From an uncultured virus (IMG/VR IMGVR_UViG_3300034375_007546) (Duplodnaviria; Heunggongvirae; Uroviricota; Caudoviricetes), in the IMG/VR virus record IMGVR_UViG_3300034375_007546: a stretch of 20,000 nt of DNA; one strand, 5' to 3'. Of this stretch, positions 13,952 through 19,653 are shown one piece after another; position 1 is the first letter of the stretch, and the number at the start of each line of letters is the position of its first letter. The position numbers and the translations under genes are program-made. The notes below the pieces were generated by a model. It had not been told where the DNA came from, made no database searches, and worked only from the letters and a program-made list of their open reading frames with translations.

Positions 13952-14323
13952 ATGAAGATTGACGATAATATTCTTGAGCTTGCCGTAACGCAAGCGCATA
14001 AGTCGCCAATGAACTATCGACATGGTGCTGTGATTTGGAAGGGCAAGAGGATCCTTGGAACTGGATACAATTATCCAGTGGCCCCGCCAACCAACGATGA
14101 TAAGCGCCGCTTTTCTATTCATTCAGAGCGTGATTGTTTGAAGGGTTTGCGCGCGGACTCTATTTATAATGCAGAGGTGCTTTGTGTTCGTATTCAGCCC
14201 AACGGCAGTCTTGGGTCCTCAAAGCCTTGTCGTGGTTGTATGAAGCTTCTGAGGCGCAAAGGTGTAAAGAATGCCTATTGGTTTGATGAGGAAGGCAAGC
14301 TAAAGAAAACGAAACTTTCGTAA
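13952..14323 (+). CDS. Zn-dependent cytidine/dCMP deaminase-fold protein
   Basis: HGAVI, GYN, HSE, KPCRGC. Confidence 0.85.
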   Translation: MKIDDNILELAVTQAHKSPMNYRHGAVIWKGKRILGTGYNYPVAPPTNDDKRRFSIHSERDCLKGLRADSIYNAEVLCVRIQPNGSLGSSKPCRGCMKLLRRKGVKNAYWFDEEGKLKKTKLS

Positions 14324-14330
14324 AGTTCTC

Positions 14331-14359
14331 TTGACAACCCCGTCGCCGTGTGGTAGTAT
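14331..14359 (+). promoter_or_regulatory. sigma70-type promoter
   Basis: TTGACA-17bp-TAGTAT with TGTG extension. Confidence 0.7.
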
Positions 14360-14410
14360 ATAGATGATGGAAGGAACAAGCACTAACGCGGAGGAACATC
14401 GTCAATCTGT

Positions 14411-14453
14411 AAATGATTGTACACTTGACAATCATTTTTATCTCCTATATGAT
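14411..14453 (+). promoter_or_regulatory. sigma70-type promoter for the odd tRNA; -35 lies inside an inverted repeat
   Basis: TTGACA 14425-30, 17 bp, TATGAT 14448-53; AAATGATTGT-N7-ACAATCATTT at 14411-14437. Confidence 0.65.
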
Positions 14454-14463
14454 TACAATATAT

Positions 14464-14543
14464 GCGGGCGTATCCCCTCAGCCTTCTAAGCTGGAGAAAG
14501 GGTAACTGGACACATGCAGGTTCGATCCCTGCCGCCCGTACCA
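14464..14543 (+). tRNA. Non-canonical tRNA-like RNA, anticodon UCU (Arg), lacking a conventional D-arm
   Basis: Acceptor GCGGGCG/CGCCCGT, TCAGC-CTTCTAA-GCTGG, GCAGG-TTCGATC-CCTGC, ACCA; only about 6 nt between acceptor and anticodon stems, about 21 nt between anticodon and T stems. Confidence 0.8.
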
Positions 14544-14558
14544 TACATACTAAATAGT

Positions 14559-14604
14559 AACCGAACTTAAAAGTAGAATATGCTTTTTATTGAAAAGTTC
14601 GGTT
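14559..14604 (+). other. Long imperfect hairpin downstream of the odd tRNA
   Basis: AACCGAACTT/AAGTTCGGTT outer stem, AAAAGTA/TGCTTTT inner stem. Confidence 0.55.
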
Positions 14605-14621
14605 CCATTCGGGACTTACTT

Positions 14622-14828
14622 ATGAAGCAAAAAGTCAAAGTTGGCGATGTTGTTGAATACACGATAAAATACGATATTCACGGCGGCTGGACAAAAGCAA
14701 CGGGGTATGTTGAGAAGATTGATGACCCCGGAGAGTTTGTATCAGTTCGGTTGTTTCAGCCTCATCCAATCGGGGGATATGATTATATAGTAGTTTATAT
14801 CGATAATGTAAAGGTTCTCTCAAAATGA
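14622..14828 (+). CDS. Small 'KVGDVV' SH3/KOW-like protein
   Basis: MKQKVKVGDVVEY...GYVEKI...VKVLSK; start re-assigned to 14622. Confidence 0.7.
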   Translation: MKQKVKVGDVVEYTIKYDIHGGWTKATGYVEKIDDPGEFVSVRLFQPHPIGGYDYIVVYIDNVKVLSK

Positions 14829-15001
14829 GAAAACGAACCGCACCAGACATTGGCGATGTTGTTACTCTAAAAGACGGTAGACCCTGGGTCGGATACATCA
14901 CTGAGAAACATGGAGTATATGTTGTTATTCAGCTCTTTAGCGGTAGATCCTTTACGACCCGTAGAGACTCAGTGTATGTATTATCATCAGGAGGAAAGTA
15001 A
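14825..15001 (+). CDS. Small 'IGDVV' SH3/KOW-like protein (58 aa)
   Basis: Manual translation MRKRTAPDIGDVVTLKDGRPWVGYITEKHGVYVVIQLF...; ATGA overlap. Confidence 0.7.
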   Translation: MRKRTAPDIGDVVTLKDGRPWVGYITEKHGVYVVIQLFSGRSFTTRRDSVYVLSSGGK

Positions 15002-15002
15002 T

Positions 15003-15209
15003 ATGCTACATAGAATTCAAACAAGATCCTTTGAGGAGTGCGAAATGATTGTTCGCCTTTGGCTTGAAGGTTCCCGAGAAGAAGCTATTGAGATTCTTGG
15101 CGCAGAGCCAACTGACGATTTTCTTTCGTCGTTCAAGCCAACTGCGCCTGTATTGCCCGCACCAGAAACCCCTGTAAAGCGGAAGAAGCGTGTCTCTGAA
15201 AATCGGTGA
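15003..15209 (+). CDS. Hypothetical protein (68 aa)
   Basis: Start re-assigned to ATG 15003 after AGGAGG. Confidence 0.65.
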   Translation: MLHRIQTRSFEECEMIVRLWLEGSREEAIEILGAEPTDDFLSSFKPTAPVLPAPETPVKRKKRVSENR

Positions 15210-15396
15210 TCTAGTAAGCTATCAAGCTATCGGCGCTAAGTGGCTTGGTGTTGTTGAGAAGATTATACCCGGAACTGATAAGCGTGTCGTTGTATGCTGG
15301 ATTGATCCTTACACTAAGAAGTTGGATCATTCGTCTGTAAACTCTGGCGATCCTCGTTTTAGGATAGAGGCAAGGATAGATGTTCAGTCCCGGTGA
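15190..15396 (+). CDS. Small 'KIGDLV' SH3/KOW-like protein
   Basis: SLKIGDLVSY...LGVVEKI...VVVCW. Confidence 0.7.
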   Translation: MSLKIGDLVSYQAIGAKWLGVVEKIIPGTDKRVVVCWIDPYTKKLDHSSVNSGDPRFRIEARIDVQSR

Positions 15397-15562
15397 TTTG
15401 GTAAAAGCAAAGACGCCATACGGCGAATACTTTGGAGTTGTTGTGAAGTGGGCGGCTTCTCAGGGCGGTAAGGATCTTTGGCGGGTAATGATAGATGGCG
15501 AACTTAGTCATTACTACTTTTTTGAAAGCCAACTTAAGATTGTAAGCAAGGCAAATGTTTAA
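15380..15562 (+). CDS. Small 'PGDLV' SH3/KOW-like protein
   Basis: MFSPGDLVKAK...FGVVVKW...LKIVSK. Confidence 0.72.
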   Translation: MFSPGDLVKAKTPYGEYFGVVVKWAASQGGKDLWRVMIDGELSHYYFFESQLKIVSKANV

Positions 15563-15734
15563 TCCCGGTAGCTTGGTTCGTTGTAGAATGCTGGGTGGTA
15601 TTTATACACCTTTGGGTATCATTATTCGTGAGGCAAACCCTACGGTATATGAAGTTCTTGTGATGCACGATCGCGGACCAAACCGTCAGTGTATTAGTTC
15701 TTCTTACTTGGAGGTTATCAATGAAAGTCGGTGA
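15555..15734 (+). CDS. Small 'PGSLV...LEVINESR' SH3/KOW-like protein (59 aa)
   Basis: Manual translation MFNPGSLVRCRMLGGIYTPLGIIIRE...YLEVINESR. Confidence 0.72.
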   Translation: MFNPGSLVRCRMLGGIYTPLGIIIREANPTVYEVLVMHDRGPNRQCISSSYLEVINESR

Positions 15735-15915
15735 TTTGGTGAGGCTGAAAGATTACCCGAAGGCACCGATCGGCTTAATTGTAAGTATTGAACGACGCGG
15801 CGTCTTTCGCGACCGTTGGCTAGCAAAAGTTCAATGGCTTGAATACGACGCTTATGTTCAGCATCGTAGCCAATGGTATCCCAAAAACTTGGAGGTCATA
15901 AGTGAAAGTCGGTGA
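15721..15915 (+). CDS. MKVGDLV-family protein
   Basis: MKVGDLVRLK...LEVISESR; GGAGG RBS; paralog of 16861 and 17223. Confidence 0.8.
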   Translation: MKVGDLVRLKDYPKAPIGLIVSIERRGVFRDRWLAKVQWLEYDAYVQHRSQWYPKNLEVISESR

Positions 15916-16276
15916 CTTGGTGAGAGTAAAAAAAGAAAATATAATGATTGCTGTGGATCCAATGACGCCTCTACGGGATTGTCTTGATAATAAACTTGCG
16001 ATCATTTCTTCTCTTCCATCACCAACATCAAAACTGTCTATTTGTTCTGTTATACCTCTCGGGCAAAAAGAGCCGGTGCCTGTATTGATGGAATATTTAT
16101 ATCCTGTAAGCATTGAAGAACAGCTCGCCAAAGAGATTGGTGATATGACGGATGAAGAGGTTGAGGAGAATGTAAAGAAATACTTTCAGAGAGAAGAACA
16201 TCCACCTGAATGCCCTTGGTATAAAGATTGGCATTCGTGCAACTGTGGTTTATTTGATAAGGAGAACAAAGAATGA
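15902..16276 (+). CDS. MKVGDLV-family protein with C-terminal His/Cys extension
   Basis: GTG start within junction repeat; HPPECPW...HSCNCG tail. Confidence 0.75.
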   Translation: MKVGDLVRVKKENIMIAVDPMTPLRDCLDNKLAIISSLPSPTSKLSICSVIPLGQKEPVPVLMEYLYPVSIEEQLAKEIGDMTDEEVEENVKKYFQREEHPPECPWYKDWHSCNCGLFDKENKE

Positions 16277-16614
16277 GTTACAAGAAGCATGAAGTTATGT
16301 TTGATGCAGCTAAACTTTATCATGAAAACTACACCATTCTAAAGTCTTTTGGAGGCGGGCAAAAGCAGGTTCTTTGCGGTTGCGGAACAACTTTTTTCAC
16401 AAGCTATTATGACAAAAAGATTGAGTGCCCAACCTGCAAGGCAGAGGGAGCTTTACAGGAGGCGGTAGAGTTGCTGTCAAAATATGCATTAGAAAACGGT
16501 GTCGAAAAAGCTGTCGAGCCGATTATAATGATATTGGCGACACCGCTAGCAGAATTTGATCTCCACGAAGAAGAAGAGTTTCCAAATCTTTCTAAATACT
16601 GGAAGAAGATTTAA
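16273..16614 (+). CDS. Hypothetical Zn-ribbon protein
   Basis: CGCG...CPTC; AAGGAG RBS; ATGA overlap. Confidence 0.75.
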   Translation: MSYKKHEVMFDAAKLYHENYTILKSFGGGQKQVLCGCGTTFFTSYYDKKIECPTCKAEGALQEAVELLSKYALENGVEKAVEPIIMILATPLAEFDLHEEEEFPNLSKYWKKI

Positions 16615-16630
16615 AAAGGCCGGATAACAA

Positions 16631-16864
16631 ATGATTTATCTTGTTGAAATAATACGCTATGGTAATCCTTCGCTTGGAGTTCATCGGTATGGTGTATTTG
16701 ATGATTTTGCCAAAATAGCACCAACTATGGCCGAGTACAATTCTTATAGGGGCGGAAAGTATCCTGCTTATTTTGTAACAGAGTTTTCAGAAATGAATCC
16801 TTCTGATACAGATTTTCCCGAAAGAAAACGATACGAAGTTACTTATGCAGAGAGAGTAGAATGA
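16631..16864 (+). CDS. Hypothetical protein
   Basis: 77-aa ORF coupled to the next gene by ATGA. Confidence 0.68.
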   Translation: MIYLVEIIRYGNPSLGVHRYGVFDDFAKIAPTMAEYNSYRGGKYPAYFVTEFSEMNPSDTDFPERKRYEVTYAERVE

Positions 16865-17049
16865 AAATCGGTGACTTGGTGAGGCTGAAAGCCTACCCCT
16901 CTTTCGCGCCAATCGGTTTGATCGTAAGTATTGAGCGACGACCCGGTTTTTATGGCGGGGATCGCGGAAAAGTTCAATGGTTTGGTTCCCGCAACTATGT
17001 TCAATATCGTGGCTTGAATGAGTTGGAGGTCATAAATGAAAGTCGGTGA
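16861..17049 (+). CDS. MKVGDLV-family protein
   Basis: MKIGDLVRLK...APIGLIVSIERR...LEVINESR. Confidence 0.8.
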   Translation: MKIGDLVRLKAYPSFAPIGLIVSIERRPGFYGGDRGKVQWFGSRNYVQYRGLNELEVINESR

Positions 17050-17236
17050 CTTGGTAAAACCAAAGCACAAATACTCTCACAACGAAGTAGGGTTTGGGAT
17101 AATACTCAAAGTAGAAGAAAACGTTTACAAAACCTATAATGATTACTTTGAAGACCGCTTGACTGTTCACTGGATACACGGTGAGACAACCTTTGAGCCA
17201 GTTAGTTATTTGGAGATCATAAATGAAAGTCGGTGA
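17036..17236 (+). CDS. MKVGDLV-family protein
   Basis: MKVGDLVKPK...GIILKV...VHW...LEIINESR. Confidence 0.8.
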   Translation: MKVGDLVKPKHKYSHNEVGFGIILKVEENVYKTYNDYFEDRLTVHWIHGETTFEPVSYLEIINESR

Positions 17237-17405
17237 CTTGGTAAGGTTGAAAAGCGCCTACCCCTATCTCGCGCCGCTTGGTTTGCTCGTGAGTATTGAA
17301 TACCATAACTACGGCTTCAAAACTCCCCGCGTAAGGGTTAGGTGGTTTAGGGGCTCCTTCGCTGAATATTGTTATATGAGTAACTTGGAGGTTGTAAGTG
17401 ATTAG
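17223..17405 (+). CDS. MKVGDLV-family protein
   Basis: MKVGDLVRLK...APLGLLVSIE...LEVVSD. Confidence 0.8.
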   Translation: MKVGDLVRLKSAYPYLAPLGLLVSIEYHNYGFKTPRVRVRWFRGSFAEYCYMSNLEVVSD

Positions 17406-17601
17406 GAAGTTTCCATACTTAGACGAAAAGACAAAAGAAGAGGTTACCAACTGGCTAAAATCTCAGGAAGCCGAGGCTAAGGCTGATGCCTATAGATACG
17501 AAGCATACGGCAACGAACAAATGAAGGAGAAGAAACTTTATACCGCTTCTACCTTTGGAAATATTATAATTCATCTTGAATACCATATGGAGAATGAATG
17601 A
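17398..17601 (+). CDS. Hypothetical protein
   Basis: GTG start after GGAGG of a junction half-repeat; ATGA overlap with uvsE. Confidence 0.65.
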   Translation: MIRKFPYLDEKTKEEVTNWLKSQEAEAKADAYRYEAYGNEQMKEKKLYTASTFGNIIIHLEYHMENE

Positions 17602-18521
17602 TCAATCTAGGTTTCGCCTGTATCGTCAAGTCACTATCGGAAGATGTTCCAAAGTCCAAACGCATCACAACAAACCGGACAATGATCAAGCGCACCTTCC
17701 AACAAAAGGGCATCAAGTATGCTTCCGAGTTGGCTTTGGCGAATGTCCGAGACTTGAAGAAGATTATTCAATGGAACGAAGATCATAACATCAAGTTTTA
17801 TCGTTTATCTTCTGAAATGTTCCCGTGGGCATCAGAGTATAACATTGAGGATCTTCCAGACTTTGAGAATATTGCTCGGATTATGGGTGAGGCAGGAGAT
17901 TTAGCCAATAAATATGGTCAGAGACTAACAACACATCCGGGTCCATTCAACAAGTTGGCTTCTCCAAAGGAGAAGGTTGTTCTATCAACGATTACTGACT
18001 TGGAAATCCACGGCAAGATGTTGGATTTGTTGAAGCAACCGAGAACTCCCCAAGCAAAAATCAACATTCACGTTGGCGCTGCTTATGGGAACAAACCAAT
18101 GGCGCTTGGAAATTTCAATAGAAACTTTGAGAGATTGTCAGATGCAGTCAAGACAAGACTAACGGTGGAGAACGATGATAAAAAGTCCCTGTATTCTACT
18201 CATGAGTTGTATGATGGGGTCCATAAGAAGATTGGTATTCCCATCACATTTGATTTCCACCATCATAAGTTCAGGAACGATGGGGAAACAGAAGAGGAGG
18301 CTTTGCGTCTTGCTGTATCAACGTGGGGTAATGTAACCCCGGTTGTTCATTATTCACAATCTCGTTCTGTGGAATACAACGACCCAAAGATCAAAGAGAA
18401 CGCCCATTCAGATACATATTGGGAACCTGTAAATACTTATGGTTTTGATGTTGATGTTCTTTTGGAGGCGAAGCACAAAGAACAGGCTCTCTTCAAGATG
18501 AGAGAACTTCTTATGGAATAG
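17598..18521 (+). CDS. uvsE: UV DNA damage endonuclease
   Basis: LGFAC, FYRLSS, RLTTHPGPF, INIHVG, LTVENDD, FDFHHH, VVHYSQS, AHSD, LEAKHKE. Confidence 0.95.
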   Translation: MINLGFACIVKSLSEDVPKSKRITTNRTMIKRTFQQKGIKYASELALANVRDLKKIIQWNEDHNIKFYRLSSEMFPWASEYNIEDLPDFENIARIMGEAGDLANKYGQRLTTHPGPFNKLASPKEKVVLSTITDLEIHGKMLDLLKQPRTPQAKINIHVGAAYGNKPMALGNFNRNFERLSDAVKTRLTVENDDKKSLYSTHELYDGVHKKIGIPITFDFHHHKFRNDGETEEEALRLAVSTWGNVTPVVHYSQSRSVEYNDPKIKENAHSDTYWEPVNTYGFDVDVLLEAKHKEQALFKMRELLME

Positions 18522-18531
18522 CAAAAAGTTA

Positions 18532-18563
18532 TTATCTTTTTATCCTTTTATCTTTTTATTTAC
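18532..18563 (+). promoter_or_regulatory. Tandem 8-bp repeats (TTATCYTT x3 + TTATTTAC), candidate RHH operator
   Basis: 18532 TTATCTTT, 18540 TTATCCTT, 18548 TTATCTTT, 18556 TTATTTAC, directly upstream of the RHH gene. Confidence 0.5.
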
Positions 18564-18586
18564 TACTTATTATAGGAGGCAAGGTT

Positions 18587-18751
18587 ATGAGCGAACTGAA
18601 AAACATAAAGATAGATAAAGAACTTCACCGCAAACTAAAAGTTTATTGTTCTTTGAACGATATAAAACTTGGTAAGTTTGTTGAAGAAGCAATCTTGTCC
18701 TCCCTGAATAAGGAGGCAAATAAAGATGACCGAAGAGACGAAAACCTGTAA
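18587..18751 (+). CDS. Ribbon-helix-helix DNA-binding protein (54 aa)
   Basis: Manual translation MSELKNIKIDKELHRKLKVYCSLNDIKLGKFVEEAILSSL...; AGGAGG RBS. Confidence 0.75.
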   Translation: MSELKNIKIDKELHRKLKVYCSLNDIKLGKFVEEAILSSLNKEANKDDRRDENL

Positions 18752-19412
18752 TGATTGTGGAGGAACATTCCCTAAGACAAGGGAGTTCTTCTACTATCAA
18801 AATAAGAAGAAAGGCTACTTTCAGTCTTACTGTGTTGATTGTAAGCAGAAGAGAAGCAAAATAACACACAAAAACTATTACCTGAAAAATAGAGAAAAAG
18901 TTTTACAAAAAACGGCAAAATATAGAAAAGACAATATAGAACTTGTAAAAGAAAGAGCGCAAAGGCATTATCAAGAGAACAGAGAGCGGAGATTGGAATA
19001 CCAAAAACATTACAGTTCATCACCAGAAGTCAAAAAGATGATATGCGAACGAGAAAAGAAAAGAAGAAATGAAAACCCCTCTTATAAAATACAAACAAAT
19101 GTTTCTCGCTTGGTTCGTATGTATCTTCACAGGAATGGTGGCGAAAAGAATGTAAGACTTTGGAGTATTTTATCTTACACCCCGGAGGAACTACGAGAAC
19201 ATTTAGAAAGTCAGTTTGAAGATTGGATGACTTGGGAGAACTATGGTAATGGTGAAGGCTTTTGGAACATAGATCATATCATCCCACAGTCAAAGTTACC
19301 GTATGATAGTTTAGAGCATCCAAACTTTTTGAAGTGTTGGGGTTTATCCAATCTGCGACCCCTTTGTAGTATTAAAAATAGTTCAAAGGGAAACCGGATG
19401 GAAGCACAATGA
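18726..19412 (+). CDS. Free-standing HNH endonuclease with N-terminal Zn finger
   Basis: CNDC...CVDC, basic helical linker, HLESQF...MTWENYG...WNIDHIIP...NLRPLC...NSSKGN; AAGGAGG RBS. Confidence 0.85.
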   Translation: MTEETKTCNDCGGTFPKTREFFYYQNKKKGYFQSYCVDCKQKRSKITHKNYYLKNREKVLQKTAKYRKDNIELVKERAQRHYQENRERRLEYQKHYSSSPEVKKMICEREKKRRNENPSYKIQTNVSRLVRMYLHRNGGEKNVRLWSILSYTPEELREHLESQFEDWMTWENYGNGEGFWNIDHIIPQSKLPYDSLEHPNFLKCWGLSNLRPLCSIKNSSKGNRMEAQ

Positions 19413-19576
19413 ATAACAAAAGATCTTATATTGATAGATTTATGAGCAAATGTTCTAACAAATCTTTGTTTCTGTTGTCTTTGGCTATTGTTACTACAAG
19501 TTTTGTGACGGCAATCTTGGAGAACAAGATGCGCTCGCACTTGCGCTCACGACGTGGGAAGAAACAAAGCCAGTAG
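19409..19576 (+). CDS. Possible 55-aa single-TM protein overprinted on the uvsE remnant
   Basis: ATGA overlap with HNH stop; MNNKRSYIDRFMSKCSNKSLFLLSLAIVTTSFVTAILENKMRSHLRSRRGKKQSQ. Confidence 0.4.
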   Translation: MNNKRSYIDRFMSKCSNKSLFLLSLAIVTTSFVTAILENKMRSHLRSRRGKKQSQ

Positions 19577-19611
19577 TTCATTACACGCAATCAAAATGCG
19601 ACAACTTTTGA
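19441..19611 (+). pseudogene. Decayed 3' fragment of a second, divergent uvsE
   Basis: Frame from 19441 reads YEQMF*QIFVSVVFGYCYYKFCDGNLGEQDALALALTTWEETKPVVHYTQSK and aligns without gaps to UvsE YDGVHKKIGIPITFDFHHHKFRNDGETEEEALRLAVSTWGNVTPVVHYSQSR. Confidence 0.75.
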
Positions 19612-19612
19612 C

Positions 19613-19653
19613 TTGACAGGCGCCTGCCCCTGTGGTAAGCTGTAAGCACGATG
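19613..19653 (+). promoter_or_regulatory. sigma70 promoter, diverged copy of the repeated promoter
   Basis: TTGACA-17bp-TAAGCT GTAAGCACGATG. Confidence 0.78.

Larger units (their letters stand above)
15708..17401 (+). repeat. Dispersed 33-bp gene-junction repeat TTGGAGGTCATAAATGAAAGTCGGTGACTTGGT
   Basis: Full copies at 15708-15740, 15889-15921, 17023-17055, 17210-17242; half copies at 16861-16880 and 17385-17401. Confidence 0.9.

Noticed and set aside
14364..14489. Short ORF after the 14331 promoter
   Set aside because: No RBS, runs through a promoter and into the tRNA-like gene
11127..14579. 13-bp match TTAAAAGTAGAAT between intron P2 and the hairpin after the odd tRNA
   Set aside because: Short, AT-rich, and no further intron elements follow the second copy
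15708..17242. 33-bp repeats as a CRISPR array
   Set aside because: Spacing is 181-187 bp or more, repeats are protein-coding gene junctions, and no cas genes are present
117..19540. All minus-strand ORFs in the track
   Set aside because: Antisense to well-supported + strand genes or tRNAs, with no recognisable motifs
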